DNA from: an uncultured Rothia sp. | Lineage (GTDB): Bacteria > Actinomycetota > Actinomycetes > Actinomycetales > Micrococcaceae | Assembly: GCF_916715725.1 (NCBI RefSeq) | Contig: NZ_CAKAPD010000001.1 | Coordinates: forward strand, 175,835-239,834 | Length of the DNA: 64,000 nucleotides | Direction of reading: 5' to 3' | In this document: one piece after another, positions 8,911-19,465 of the stretch | How the letters are laid out: each line of letters starts with the position of its first letter | How positions within the stretch are numbered: position 1 is the stretch's first letter | Made by a program: the position numbers and the translations under genes | Notes under the pieces: model-generated | What the model saw: the letters and a program-made list of their open reading frames with translations, nothing else | Told to the model about the DNA's origin: nothing | Database searches by the model: none

Positions 8911-11598
8911 TTAGGCCTGAGCCTGTGCGATAGCGTCGCGGACAGCGTCCAGAGCAGCACCAATCTTGGATGCATCCTGGCCACCACCCTGAGCGACGTC
9001 GTCCTTACCGCCGCCACCGCCGCCGAGAACACCGGCAGCAACGCGGACCAGAGCACCAGCCTTCACGCCAGCCTCACGAGCACCCTCGTTAGTTGCCACC
9101 AGGATGACGGGGCGGCCATTAGCCACACCCACCACAGCAACAACCGCAGCCTCGGAACCGAAGCGCGAACGCAGATCCAGAGCCAGCTCACGAACACCGT
9201 TAGCGTCCAGTTCGCCAGCGTCATGCGCCAGAACGCGAACAGAACCGATAGTCTGTGCGTTCTCCAGCAGCTTGCCAGCCTCAGCCTGCAGCTTCTCGCG
9301 GCGCAGCTGAGCCAGTTCCTTCTCAGCAGCCTTCAGCTTAGCCAGAGTCTGGTTAATCTTCTCCGGCAGATCAGCGGAGGACTGAACCTTCATTAGGCCG
9401 GTCAGCTGGTTCACCAGGGTACGCTCAGCAGCCAGGTGGTTGAAGGAATCCAGACCCACCAGAGCCTCAACACGGCGGTTACCGGAGCCAACAGAGCTCT
9501 CAGTCAGCAGGGTCAGCGAACCAATCTCAGCGGACGAACCAACGTGGGTACCACCGCACAGCTCGCGGGAGAACTCGCCACCGATTTCAACAACACGCAC
9601 CACGTCGCCGTACTTCTCACCGAAGAGGCTCATAGCGCCCAGAGCCTTAGCCTCAGCCAGCGGCATCTCACGGGTAATCACCTCGTGGTTATCGCGGATT
9701 GCGAGGTTAGCGACCTCTTCAACCTCACGCTTAGCGGACTCGGACAGGCCCTCGTTCCACGCGAAGTCGAAACGCAGGTAGCCTTCCTTGTTGAAGGAGC
9801 CACGCTGAGTAGCCTCGTTGCCGAGCACCTGGTGCAGGGCAGCGTGAATGATATGGGTACCGGAGTGTGCCTTCTCACCGTCGCGGCGGCGCTGAACATC
9901 AACCTGTGCCACAACATCGGCACCGACGTGAACCTCGCCCTCACACACAACGGCGCGGTGAACGCTCAGACCCTTCACGGGCTGCTGAACGTCCTGAACG
10001 TCAATGATGAAGCCGTTACCGGTAATAACACCGGTGTCAGCTGCCTGGCCACCAGCCTCCGCGTAGAACGGAGTCTCATCCAGGACAACCTCAATCTTGT
10101 CGCCAGCCTTAGCCGCGGGAACAGACACGCCGTCCACCAGGATTGCGCGCAACTTAGTCTCAGTACGCAGCTCGGTGTAACCGGTGAAGATAGAACCGCG
10201 CTCGTCCACGAGCTTACGCAGCTCGGACAGGTCAGCAAACGCACCCTTCTTCGCCTTAGCGTCAGCCTGCGCACGGTGACGCTGCTCAGCCATCAGCTCA
10301 CGGAAAGCCTTCTCGTCAACCTTCACGCCAGCCTCAGCAGCCATCTCGAGGGTCAGGTCAATCGGGAAGCCGTAAGTGTCGTGCAGAGCAAACGCCTCAG
10401 CACCAGAAACAGAGTTGGAGCCGTCCTTCTTAGCGGCTGCAACAGCCTCTTCCAGGCGCTCAGTACCGGTCTCAATGGTGTGCAGGAACGCCTTCTCCTC
10501 AGCGTACGCAATGCGGGAAATACGCTCGAAGTCCTCACCCACGTACGGGAAAGCACCCTTCATAGCCTCGCAAGAAGCCGGGAACAGCACGGGCAGGCAG
10601 GGCTCAGTAACGCCCAGCAGACGCATCGCACGAATCGCGCGGCGCATCAGACGGCGCAGAATGTAGCCGCGACCCTCGTTGGAGGGGGTCACGCCATCAG
10701 CAATCAGCATCAGCGAGGAGCGGATGTGGTCCGCCACCACGCGCATGCGCACGTCATCCTCGTAGCCCTCGTCCTCGGGGGACTCGGAGCCGTGGTACTT
10801 CTTACCGGACAGCTTAGACGCAGCGTCCAGAACGGGGCGGACCTGGTCGGTCTCGTAGAAATTCTCAACACCCTGCAGCAGCATTGCCAGGCGCTCAACA
10901 CCCAGGCCGGTATCGATGTTCTTCTTCGGCAGATCGCCCAGAATCTCGAAGTCGTCCTTGCCGATGCCCTCGCCACGCTGGTACTGCATGAACACGAGGT
11001 TCCAAATCTCAATGTAACGGTCGTCGTCAGCCGCCGGGCCGCCTTCCTTACCGTAGGCGGGGCCACGGTCGTAGAAGATCTCCGAGTCGGGGCCTGCAGG
11101 GCCGGGCTGACCGGTGGACCAGTAGTTTTCCTTCATGCCCATACGCTGAATACGCTCAGCGGGGAAACCAACGGTCTTAGTCCAAATCTCGAATGCCTCT
11201 TCGTCACCCTCGTAAATGGTGACCCACAGGCGCTCGGGATCCAGGCCAAAACCACCCTGATCCTGAGGGGTAGTCAGCAGCTCGTAAGCGAAAGGAATAG
11301 CCTTCTCCTTGAAGTAATCACCGAAGGAGAAGTTACCAGCCATCTGGAAGAAGGTACCGTGACGTGCAGTCTTACCGACCTCTTCAATGTCCAGGGTGCG
11401 GATGCACTTCTGCACGCTGGTCGCGCGGGAGAACGGAGGGGTCTCACGGCCCAGGAAGTAGGGAATGAACGGCACCATACCTGCGATGGTGAACATAGCG
11501 CCGGGCTCGTTCGAAATCAGCGATGCCGAAGGCACCACAGTATGGCCGCGGGAAGCGAAGAAATCAATCCAGCGCTTGGAAATCTCCTGTGAGAGCAT
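8911..11598 (-). CDS. alaS: alanine--tRNA ligase
   Basis: 895-aa ORF with class II AlaRS motifs (…FTIAGMVPF…, …HSGTHIIHAALHQVLG…) and a C-terminal GGGGGK tail. Confidence 0.95.
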   Translation of the reverse strand: MLSQEISKRWIDFFASRGHTVVPSASLISNEPGAMFTIAGMVPFIPYFLGRETPPFSRATSVQKCIRTLDIEEVGKTARHGTFFQMAGNFSFGDYFKEKAIPFAYELLTTPQDQGGFGLDPERLWVTIYEGDEEAFEIWTKTVGFPAERIQRMGMKENYWSTGQPGPAGPDSEIFYDRGPAYGKEGGPAADDDRYIEIWNLVFMQYQRGEGIGKDDFEILGDLPKKNIDTGLGVERLAMLLQGVENFYETDQVRPVLDAASKLSGKKYHGSESPEDEGYEDDVRMRVVADHIRSSLMLIADGVTPSNEGRGYILRRLMRRAIRAMRLLGVTEPCLPVLFPASCEAMKGAFPYVGEDFERISRIAYAEEKAFLHTIETGTERLEEAVAAAKKDGSNSVSGAEAFALHDTYGFPIDLTLEMAAEAGVKVDEKAFRELMAEQRHRAQADAKAKKGAFADLSELRKLVDERGSIFTGYTELRTETKLRAILVDGVSVPAAKAGDKIEVVLDETPFYAEAGGQAADTGVITGNGFIIDVQDVQQPVKGLSVHRAVVCEGEVHVGADVVAQVDVQRRRDGEKAHSGTHIIHAALHQVLGNEATQRGSFNKEGYLRFDFAWNEGLSESAKREVEEVANLAIRDNHEVITREMPLAEAKALGAMSLFGEKYGDVVRVVEIGGEFSRELCGGTHVGSSAEIGSLTLLTESSVGSGNRRVEALVGLDSFNHLAAERTLVNQLTGLMKVQSSADLPEKINQTLAKLKAAEKELAQLRREKLQAEAGKLLENAQTIGSVRVLAHDAGELDANGVRELALDLRSRFGSEAAVVAVVGVANGRPVILVATNEGAREAGVKAGALVRVAAGVLGGGGGGKDDVAQGGGQDASKIGAALDAVRDAIAQAQA

Positions 11599-11730
11599 CT
11601 CGTTCCTTAGAGTAATCTGTGCGAAATTCTATATTAGTCTACTGACCTATGGTGCCTGCCCGAGAGCAAAATGGCTAATCGAGCCACCCTCGTACCGTGG
11701 TTAACGGACAAAAGCACCACCTTTTAAAAC

Positions 11731-12225
11731 CTAGTTGAAGAAGCCGTCGCCGAGCTGACGGTCACGCGCAATACGCTGCTCACGCGCTCGCTTCTGAGCC
11801 TCTTCCAAGGAGGCAATCTCAGCCTCCACCTCAATGAGTTCACGCTCCGCCAAGCGACGGTTCGTGGACTCAATCTCAGCCGAGCTCATCTGTCGGTCCC
11901 AAGTATCCAGGGAGCCAGGACGCAAATCCTGCTTCTGGCGCTCCACCTTAGCGTTGAGCTCCATCTCCTTCTCCTGCATGCCCTCACGCACGCGGGCGGC
12001 GAACTCAACAGCACGCAACGCATACGGCTGCAGGGGCTTGCCAATCGGCGAATCGAAGAACTTTCCCATCTGAGACTCCGGGTTGAGGGCAAGCTCACCG
12101 TGCTCACGCATGAGCAGGGCGCTGCCGGGGGTACGCTGAGCAGGTTCGGAGGCGGCACGCCTAGAAGCGAAGTAACCAACCGCCGCGCCGGCGCCAAGCA
12201 GAAGAGCTGAACGAAGCAGACCCAT
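11731..12225 (-). CDS. hypothetical membrane-anchored coiled-coil protein
   Basis: 164 aa with an N-terminal TM segment. Its ATGA start overlaps the stop of the upstream DUF948 gene. Confidence 0.5.
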   Translation of the reverse strand: MGLLRSALLLGAGAAVGYFASRRAASEPAQRTPGSALLMREHGELALNPESQMGKFFDSPIGKPLQPYALRAVEFAARVREGMQEKEMELNAKVERQKQDLRPGSLDTWDRQMSSAEIESTNRRLAERELIEVEAEIASLEEAQKRAREQRIARDRQLGDGFFN

Positions 12226-12656
12226 TAGTTCTCACCGCCTGCAGAGTAAGAGCCACCCTGTGCCGAGCCGTACTGACCACCAGCGTTGCCGGCGCCGTGT
12301 GCATCGCCGGACTTACCGCCACGGAATGCCTGACGCACACCGTACGAGAAGGAAGCAACCTTAATCAGCGGCTGACCCACAGTCGAAGTCACCAGCGAGG
12401 ACAGTGCAGAAACGTTCGCGGATGCGTCCGAAACGTTCGAGGTGATGTCGTCAACCTTCTCCAACTGCTCATTAGTAGTCACCACAGTGCGGGTCACCTC
12501 TTCAATGAGGGGGCCGGTGCTCTGGTTCAGCGAACGAATCGTCACGATCAGCTCATCAAACACCTTAGTCAAGCGAATAATGGGTAGCGCAAGCAGAGCC
12601 ACCAGAATCGCAAAAACTCCCGCTGCAATCAGGCCCGCAATATCTCCGCCGGTCAT
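12225..12656 (-). CDS. DUF948-family membrane protein
   Basis: 143 aa with an N-terminal TM helix followed by a Gly-rich tail. The DUF948 assignment rests on this architecture and its position between alaS and rpsD. Confidence 0.55.
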   Translation of the reverse strand: MTGGDIAGLIAAGVFAILVALLALPIIRLTKVFDELIVTIRSLNQSTGPLIEEVTRTVVTTNEQLEKVDDITSNVSDASANVSALSSLVTSTVGQPLIKVASFSYGVRQAFRGGKSGDAHGAGNAGGQYGSAQGGSYSAGGEN

Positions 12657-12961
12657 CTATAACCCCATTCCGCTCAATGCATGATGCTTATCAATAGTCG
12701 TACAGGACCGCGTGCCACCGTGGCACGCAGCCGGACTGCATACACAGTTCAGGACTATATACACAGCTCAATCCCTTATTTTAGTCGATAAATCCTTCAA
12801 GCGCCCCTTAAACTCTCATGAAACTCCCAGCGACGGAAGATTCACAGGTTCAGCGGCGCCACTCCCCTCTGGTGTATAAGCCCCAAAACCCGCGCGTTAA
12901 ACGGGAACAACCCGCCCCCACCGAACCGGTGCAGGACGGGTTGCTTCTCGAAAAATCGAGA

Positions 12962-13594
12962 TTATGCCAGACGCGAGTAGTACTCAACGACCAGCTGCTC
13001 GTCGCAGATCACGGGGATCTCTTCGCGCTTGGGCTTGCGCTCAAGCTTTGCGTGCAGCTTCTCGATCTCAACGTTCAGGTATGCGGGAACCTCGGGCAGA
13101 ACTGCCTGGTGCTCGCCAGCAGCCGCAGCCTGGAAGGGGGCAGTCTTCTCAGCCTTGGGGTGAACGTGGATCAGCTGGCCGGGCTTGACGTGGAACGAGG
13201 GGCGGTCCACGCGAACGCCGTCAACCATGATGTGACGGTGAACAACCATCTGACGTGCCTGTGCAATGGTGCGGGCGAAACCTGCACGCAGAACCAGGGC
13301 ATCGAGGCGGGTCTCGAGCAGCTCGACCATGTTCTTACCGGTCTGGCCCTCGGTACGCTTTGCCTCGAGGTATGCGCGGCGCATCTGTGCCTCGCGGATG
13401 TTGTACTGAGCGCGCAGACGCTGCTTTTCCTTCAGCTGGGTAGCGTAGTTGGAGTCAGCCTTCTTGCGGGCACGGCCGTGCTGGCCGGGGCCGTAAGGAC
13501 GACGCTCGAGGTACTTTTCTGCCTTCGGGGTCAGTGCAATGCCCAGGGCACGGGACTGACGCACGGTACGGCGGGTGCGGTTGTGCTTAGCCAC
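12962..13594 (-). CDS. rpsD: 30S ribosomal protein S4
   Basis: MAKHNRTRRTVRQSRALGIALTPKAEKYLERRPYGPGQHG… matches S4. Confidence 0.95.
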   Translation of the reverse strand: MAKHNRTRRTVRQSRALGIALTPKAEKYLERRPYGPGQHGRARKKADSNYATQLKEKQRLRAQYNIREAQMRRAYLEAKRTEGQTGKNMVELLETRLDALVLRAGFARTIAQARQMVVHRHIMVDGVRVDRPSFHVKPGQLIHVHPKAEKTAPFQAAAAGEHQAVLPEVPAYLNVEIEKLHAKLERKPKREEIPVICDEQLVVEYYSRLA

Positions 13595-14135
13595 AATCTA
13601 CCTTTCTATGTGAGGCTCCTGCACCCTCACGGGTGGGGCCTCGGTCTGTTGAATACTGGCCTCCTCGGTTGACCCCGCCGGGACCCGTACGCGACCGACT
13701 CGGTCGTTGCTGTACGGTGGTGGGGCGGAGAGCTCGGGGCAGAGTACCCCGCAGCTACATTACTGACGCTCGCACAAATGCGGGCATAGTAATTGCCAGA
13801 CCCGTCAAGCTTACCGGATGCACCCGGGCTTTACCAGCCTTTTGGGGAATCTTTGGTTCAAATCACTGTGCGTGTGGGTTTTTGATGGCTACCCACACGA
13901 CCCCAACAGAAAATATTTGCACCCGTCAGCGCTATTTAGGTGCACCTTCCCCGAAAAATCACGGCGCCAAGATGTTGGATTGTAATCATTTCGTTATTTT
14001 TAACCTGTGAATCTATGGGAATAGCTTGCCTTCAGGCTCCCATATCGCCTAGACTAGAGACCATAACAAGCTTGACCTCCGCCCTTCCGGGATTGGCCGA
14101 CAGTCAAGACGTCTATCACAACTCAAAACTCTGAT

Positions 14136-14180
14136 GCGGTGCGCAGTACTACCGAGGTACTACGCACCGCTTTCTGTTTA
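14136..14180 (+). terminator. orphan plus-strand intrinsic terminator (gcggtgcgcagta-N9-tactacgcaccgc followed by tttctgttta) with no annotated upstream plus-strand gene
   Basis: 13-bp GC-rich stem with one mismatch, then a T-rich tract. It lies at the end of a roughly 280-bp AT-richer stretch in the rpsD upstream region. Confidence 0.5.
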
Positions 14181-14221
14181 CCCTCATTTAGGCGGGGCGG
14201 TAAGCTGCCCGGCGAGCCCTC

Positions 14222-14322
14222 ACGCGCGGCTAGTTTGGTGGCTAGTTTGCATGATGAATCCGCGCGCGGGCTGGTTTGGGCGATGAATCTGCGCGGCTGG
14301 TTTGGGGGATGAGCCGGCGCGG
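14222..14322. repeat. imperfect tandem repeats of about 26 bp (gatgaatcCGCGCGGGCTGGTTTGGG, roughly 2.5 copies) immediately 3' of rarA
   Basis: ggctagtttggtg / gctagtttgcatgatgaatccgcgcgcgggctggtttggg / cgatgaatctgcgcggctggtttggggg / atgagccggcgcgg. Confidence 0.55.
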
Positions 14323-15837
14323 TTAGTTGCCGCCGTCAAGAATCCTGCGGATACGCTCACGACGCTCCGTCAACGTACGCTCAAAACCGTGCTGAGTCGG
14401 CTCGTAGTAGACTGTGCCGCGCAGGGTATCCGGCAGGTACTGTTGAGCCGCCACGTGGCCCGGCGCATCATGCGCATAAATGTAGCCGTCACCGTGACCA
14501 AATTGCTTAGCCCCCGCATAGTGAGCGTCACGCAAATGCACCGGAACCTGACCCGAAGCGCCCGCACGGACATCCGCAATCGCGCGGTTAATCGCGTTAT
14601 ACGCGGCGTTCGACTTCGGCGCGAGCGCACAATAAATCACCGCCTGCGACAGGATAATACGAGCCTCCGGCATGCCCACCAGTGCCACCGACTGCGCCGC
14701 AGCCGTCGCCACCTGCAACGCCTGCGGATCAGCCAAACCAATATCCTCACTCGCCAAAATCATGATGCGACGCGCCACGAAACGCGGATCCTCGCCGCCC
14801 TCCAACATGCGCGCCAGGTAGTGCACCGCGGCATCAGCGTCAGAGCCGCGCATGGATTTAATGAACGCGCTCACCACGTCATAATGCTGATCGCCCGAAC
14901 GGTCATAACGAATCGCGGCGCGGTCTACCGCCTCCGTAGCGTGCGCCAGGGTGATGCGCACGGGCGCGGCGGGTTCGGGGTCCTTCTCCCCTGCTTCCCC
15001 CGCCGGTTCAACTGAGCCCTCGGCGGAAACGGCAGGTTCTGCCGAAGCCTGTTCGGCCTCGCTGAACGCGATGGCGGCCGCCGCCTCCAGCGAGGTCAGG
15101 GAGCGGCGAGCGTCGCCTCCGGAAACCGCCGCGAGGTGGGCGCGCGCATCCGCATCAATCACCGCCGCACCGCCAAAACCGCGCGGGTCAGCCAGAGCAC
15201 GGTCAATCAGGTGCTCAATATCGGACTGCTCCAGCGAATGAACCCGCAACAACAGCGAGCGCGAGAGCAGCGGCGAAATAACGCTGAACGACGGGTTCTC
15301 CGTCGTAGCCGCAACCAGAATCACCCAGCGGTTCTCCACGCCGGGCAGGAGCGCATCCTGCTGGGCCTTCGTGAAGCGGTGAATCTCATCGAGGAAGAGC
15401 ACGGTGGTCGTGCCGTACATATCGCGGTCGAGCAGCGCCTGGTCCATGACCGCGCGAACGTCCTTCACGCCCGCGGTAATCGCCGAAAGCTCCACGAACT
15501 TGCGGCCCGGCGCGCGCGCAATCACATGTGCCAGAGTGGTCTTACCCGTACCCGGCGGGCCGTACAGAATCACCGAGGAGGGGCCAGCCGGGCCGGCATT
15601 CTCCCCCGCCAACACGCGCAGGGGCGCACCCGGAGTCAGCAGGTGATCCTGGCCGAGAACCTCATCAATAGTGCGCGGACGCATCCGCACCGCCAACGGT
15701 GCACGAGACGCCGAACGGGCAGAGCGCGCACGCGACGCAGAAGTGCGCGAGGAGGCGGGCTCCTCAGCGGGCGCACCAATCAGGCTCACGCGGTCACCGT
15801 CGTCGGGCAGCTCAAGATCAAAGAGGGAATCAGCCAT
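14323..15837 (-). CDS. rarA: replication-associated recombination protein A (AAA+ ATPase)
   Basis: Walker A motif GPPGTGKTT and a MgsA C-terminal domain. The N-terminus is Ser/Arg-rich. Confidence 0.9.
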   Translation of the reverse strand: MADSLFDLELPDDGDRVSLIGAPAEEPASSRTSASRARSARSASRAPLAVRMRPRTIDEVLGQDHLLTPGAPLRVLAGENAGPAGPSSVILYGPPGTGKTTLAHVIARAPGRKFVELSAITAGVKDVRAVMDQALLDRDMYGTTTVLFLDEIHRFTKAQQDALLPGVENRWVILVAATTENPSFSVISPLLSRSLLLRVHSLEQSDIEHLIDRALADPRGFGGAAVIDADARAHLAAVSGGDARRSLTSLEAAAAIAFSEAEQASAEPAVSAEGSVEPAGEAGEKDPEPAAPVRITLAHATEAVDRAAIRYDRSGDQHYDVVSAFIKSMRGSDADAAVHYLARMLEGGEDPRFVARRIMILASEDIGLADPQALQVATAAAQSVALVGMPEARIILSQAVIYCALAPKSNAAYNAINRAIADVRAGASGQVPVHLRDAHYAGAKQFGHGDGYIYAHDAPGHVAAQQYLPDTLRGTVYYEPTQHGFERTLTERRERIRRILDGGN

Positions 15838-15928
15838 AGTCTTACTCTATCGTTTCACAGGCTTGAGGTGGGCGCGGGGTATGGACTTACGGGTGCGGAT
15901 TTAGCTCGCGGCGTGACGCCACACGGGT

Positions 15929-16004
15929 TTTCGATGGGGTTTCGATAGGTTAGTGTCTTCGCCGTGGGTTTTAAACCCCTGGGCAATCCACTAACCTATC
16001 GAAA
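15929..16004. repeat. REP/MITE-like palindromic element, copy 1 (arms ttcgataggttagtg / cactaacctatcgaa with an inner gggttttaaacccc hairpin)
   Basis: Same inverted-repeat arms as the copies near 19260, 20439 and 25006. Confidence 0.7.
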
Positions 16005-16013
16005 GCGCTGACC

Positions 16014-16448
16014 TTAGAGGGTCTCGCTGTCGAGGATCAGGGTCACCGGGCCGTTGTTGACGAGCTCCACCTGCATGTCCGCGCCGAACACGCCGGTCTC
16101 CACGTGTAGGCCACGCTCACGCAGCGCCTTAACGTAATCGTTGAACAGCGGCTCACTCACCGGACCCGGCGCTGCTGCAGACCAGGAGGGGCGGCGGCCC
16201 TTCTTCGCATCCCCATACAGGGTGAACTGGCTGACCGCCAGCACGGGTGCGCCCTCATCAAGGAGTGACTTCTCCCCCTCCAGCAGGCGCAGGTTCGCGG
16301 TCTTATCGGCAAGCTTCGCAACCTGGGCCGCGCCGTCGCCGTGGGTGATGCCGACCAGCACCAGGTAGCCGGGCCGGTCAATCGCGCCGACCGTCTCGCC
16401 GTTCACGCGCACCGCCGCGCGGGTTACGCGCTGAATAACTACTCGCAT
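16014..16448 (-). CDS. dtd: D-aminoacyl-tRNA deacylase
   Basis: 144 aa with SQFTL and NGPVT motifs. Confidence 0.9.
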   Translation of the reverse strand: MRVVIQRVTRAAVRVNGETVGAIDRPGYLVLVGITHGDGAAQVAKLADKTANLRLLEGEKSLLDEGAPVLAVSQFTLYGDAKKGRRPSWSAAAPGPVSEPLFNDYVKALRERGLHVETGVFGADMQVELVNNGPVTLILDSETL

Positions 16449-16529
16449 CGTTCACCTTTCATTTGGAGCCGACTCTCGCCGGGCTCATACATCTTCTTTT
16501 AGTATCGCGGCGGTCAGTCGGCAACAGCT

Positions 16530-17057
16530 TCAGAGCCCGCCGCGCAGCTGCACGGCACGCAAAAACTGGTTCGCCGCCCGCGGGGTACGAAACTCAATAA
16601 AACGCTTCTGCAGATGCTGCCCGCGAGCCTCCGCCAGCAGCTGTCCGACGTGCGGGTAGCTCCTCCACGTGTACCGAATCATGTTGTCCGGGTCGCGCAG
16701 AATATCCTTCAGCGGCGGCTCCACATTATCCGCCCAGAGCTTCTGCCCCGTCACCGCGCGGCGCACCGTCCGACGAACCACACGCCACATCACCACCGCG
16801 CGGCTATAGCGCAGATAAATCACCACATCCGCACGCTCCAGCAGGCGGCCACGCACCTGCGGATACTGCCACTCCGTAATCCACGCGGGCCGCTCAATGA
16901 GCGCCTGAACATCCGCCTCAAAACTAGGGCGCGGAGTCCAGTCCGGACCCCAATGCAACGAATCCATCTCCGTATGCGGAATATTCAGGATGCGCCCCAA
17001 CCGCGCCGCAAACGTCGTCTTACCGCTACCGCTCGGGCCCGCAATCAGGATGCGCAT
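16530..17057 (-). CDS. P-loop NTPase (adenylate-kinase/topology-modulation FlaR-like)
   Basis: MRILIAGPSGSGKTT Walker A motif in a 175-aa ORF. Confidence 0.65.
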   Translation of the reverse strand: MRILIAGPSGSGKTTFAARLGRILNIPHTEMDSLHWGPDWTPRPSFEADVQALIERPAWITEWQYPQVRGRLLERADVVIYLRYSRAVVMWRVVRRTVRRAVTGQKLWADNVEPPLKDILRDPDNMIRYTWRSYPHVGQLLAEARGQHLQKRFIEFRTPRAANQFLRAVQLRGGL

Positions 17058-17107
17058 GCTCCCCCTCCCCCTTGGTTAGTACACAGATCGGCACGCACGC
17101 CAGTTGA

Positions 17108-17157
17108 TACAAAAGGTGGGCTGCGACCCTGCACAGCAGAATACACAGCCCACCCTC
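17108..17157 (-). terminator. rho-independent terminator of aspS (GGGTGGGCTG…CAGCCCACC plus TTTTGTATC on the minus strand)
   Basis: 9-10 bp GC stem with a U-tract. It lies 110 nt after the aspS stop. Confidence 0.6.
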
Positions 17158-17264
17158 AACGGCGCCCCGGCAAGACCCGAGCCTCACAGCCCAGAACACC
17201 CTACCGGGTTCACGCCGCACGCCTCACACCCCAGCCGGGGCGCAAGACCAAAGACTGGAGAAGA

Positions 17265-19043
17265 TTACTCCTCGTCCTTCTTCTTCGGCTTGAAATCAAC
17301 GCCAGCTTCCTTACGCTGCTCCGGGGTAATCGGTGCAGGAGCCGCAGTCAGCGGATCGTAGCCGTTACCGGTCTTCGGGAACGCGATAACCTCGCGGATC
17401 GAATCAACGCCAGCCAGCAGAGACACAATACGGTCCCAGCCGAACGCAATACCACCCATGGGCGGTGCGCCGTACTTGAACGCATCCAGCAGGAAGCCGA
17501 ACTTCTCCTGGGCCTCTTCCTCACCAATGCCCATCACAGCGAACACGCGTTCCTGCACGTCACGGCGGTGAATACGGATCGAGCCGCCACCAATCTCGTT
17601 GCCGTTGCAGACAATGTCGTACGCGTACGCCAGAGCCGAACCCGGGTCAGTGTCGAAAGTGTCCATGAACTCGGGCTTCGGAGAGGTGAACGCGTGGTGC
17701 ACAGCAGTCCAAGCAGAGTGGCCCAGAGCCACGTCACCGGACTCAGTAGCCTCAGCGGAAGACTCGAACATGGGAGCGTCAACAACCCACACGAAGGACC
17801 ACTCGCCGTCCTTAATCAGGCCGGTACGGTGACCAATCTCAACACGAGCAGCACCCAGCAGCGCACGGGAAGCCTTAGCCTCACCAGCAGCGAAGAAGAT
17901 GCAGTCGCCGGGCTTCGCGCCGGTAGCCTCAGCCAGGCCAGCACGCTCAGCGTCGGTAATGTTCTTAGCCACCGGACCGGTCAGCTCACCGTCCTCCTGA
18001 ATGAGAACGTAAGCCAGACCCTTAGCGCCGCGCTGCTTAGCCCACTCCTGCCAAGCGTCCAGGGTACGGCGAGGCTGAGAAGCGCCACCGGGCATCACAA
18101 CGGCGCCCACGTAGGGAGCCTTGAACACGCGGAAAGTGGTGTCCTTGAAGTACTCGGTCAGCTCGGTCAGCTCCAGGCCGAAGCGCAGGTCGGGCTTGTC
18201 CGAACCGTACTTCTCCATCGCGTCCTTGTAGGTCATGCGCTGAATCGGGCGGGGAACCTTCACGTCAATCAGGTTCCACACGGCCTCAACGATGCGCTCG
18301 CCCAGCTCAATGATGTCTTCCTGATCAACGAACGACGCCTCAATGTCCAGCTGAGTGAACTCAGGCTGACGGTCCGCACGGAAATCCTCGTCACGGTAGC
18401 AGCGAGCAATCTGGTAGTACTTCTCAATACCGCCCACCTGCAGCAGCTGCTTGAACAGCTGCGGGGACTGCGGCAGAGCGTACCAAGAACCCGGAGCCAG
18501 ACGAGCCGGCACCAGGAAGTCACGCGCACCCTCGGGGGTGGAACGGGTCAGGGTCGGGGTCTCAACCTCAATGTAGCCGTCCTCGGCCAGCAGGTTACGT
18601 GCCGCACGGTTCGCGTCCGAACGCAGGCGCATGATGCGAGCCGGCTCCGGGCGGCGAAGATCCAGGTAGCGGTAGCGCAGGCGCGCCTCCTCACCCACCT
18701 CAACGTGCTCGTCAATCTGGAAAGGCAGCGGGGCCGCGGTGTTCAGCACCTCGACGGCAGACACCTCAACCTCAATCTCGCCGGTCGCCAGGTTCGGGTT
18801 CTCATTACCCTCCGGACGCTTAGTCACCAGACCGGTCACACGCAGAACATACTCGTTGCGCAGGTGCTCAAAATCAGCCTCGTTGTGGAAAACACACTGG
18901 GTGACACCCTCACGGTCACGCAGGTCAACGAAGGCGACACCACCGTGGTCGCGGCGGCGAGCCACCCAACCGGTCAGGGTGACGGTCTCTCCAATGTTTG
19001 CGGCGGTCAGCTCGCCGTTGGTGTGAGTGCGAAGCACAGACAT
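17265..19043 (-). CDS. aspS: aspartate--tRNA ligase
   Basis: Class II AspRS motifs (…FRDE…, GGGSIRIH). I chose the internal start [13 protein letters not shown], which is preceded by an AAAGGA SD. The longer ORF reaches 19127. Confidence 0.9.
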   Translation of the reverse strand: MSVLRTHTNGELTAANIGETVTLTGWVARRRDHGGVAFVDLRDREGVTQCVFHNEADFEHLRNEYVLRVTGLVTKRPEGNENPNLATGEIEVEVSAVEVLNTAAPLPFQIDEHVEVGEEARLRYRYLDLRRPEPARIMRLRSDANRAARNLLAEDGYIEVETPTLTRSTPEGARDFLVPARLAPGSWYALPQSPQLFKQLLQVGGIEKYYQIARCYRDEDFRADRQPEFTQLDIEASFVDQEDIIELGERIVEAVWNLIDVKVPRPIQRMTYKDAMEKYGSDKPDLRFGLELTELTEYFKDTTFRVFKAPYVGAVVMPGGASQPRRTLDAWQEWAKQRGAKGLAYVLIQEDGELTGPVAKNITDAERAGLAEATGAKPGDCIFFAAGEAKASRALLGAARVEIGHRTGLIKDGEWSFVWVVDAPMFESSAEATESGDVALGHSAWTAVHHAFTSPKPEFMDTFDTDPGSALAYAYDIVCNGNEIGGGSIRIHRRDVQERVFAVMGIGEEEAQEKFGFLLDAFKYGAPPMGGIAFGWDRIVSLLAGVDSIREVIAFPKTGNGYDPLTAAPAPITPEQRKEAGVDFKPKKKDEE

Positions 19044-19259
19044 TCCTTTCATAGCGGGCACCTCACGACTATAGACAGTAGCCGGGTACTCGCGGTTGAT
19101 GATATGCGCACACTGCGTGCGCCTCATATATTGTATCCCCTCCGGGCAGGTCGAGGGCGGGTCAGAGCAGGTTGGGGCAAGTCAGGCGCCAGTCAGGCGG
19201 CAGAAAATGGGGTGCGGAGGCGGGATGCGGGTAGGGCGGCAGGTTCGTGGGTGTCTGCG

Positions 19260-19342
19260 GTCGATAGGTTAGTGTCTTCGCCATGGGTCTTTAACCCGGG
19301 GTGAAGACACTAACCTATCGAAAAGTCACTAACCTATCGAAG
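19260..19342. repeat. REP/MITE-like palindromic element, copy 2 (upstream flank of the DUF559 gene)
   Basis: ggtcgataggttagtgtcttcgcc-atgggtctttaacccgg-ggtgaagacactaacctatcg plus the trailing half-site aaaagtcactaacctatcgaag. Confidence 0.75.
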
Positions 19343-19465
19343 TATTACCGAGGAATCCGCTCCATCTGCCTGTGGACAAACACTTTTTCGGTAGAATCCG
19401 CGAAGTTATCCACAGATTTCACAAACAAGCCCCACAACTCCACACAGCCTGCCAGGATAAAGCCT

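Noticed and set aside
9436-11592. 718-aa plus-strand ORF antisense to alaS
   Set aside because: It is a shadow ORF of a highly conserved aminoacyl-tRNA synthetase gene.
12818-13672. 284-aa plus-strand ORF overlapping rpsD antisense
   Set aside because: It lies entirely antisense to a ribosomal protein gene. It is Leu/Gly/Ala-rich, as expected for the reverse frame of high-GC coding DNA. It has no SD.
13840-13880. Possible tRNA T-arm-like sequence ggttcaaatcac
   Set aside because: Flanking sequence cannot form T-stem, acceptor stem or anticodon arm pairings, so it is not a tRNA.
16614-19304. 896-aa plus-strand ORF antisense to aspS and the P-loop gene
   Set aside because: It is a long open antisense frame, which is common in high-GC genomes. 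Its composition is dominated by Arg/Leu/Thr with no domain-like motifs.
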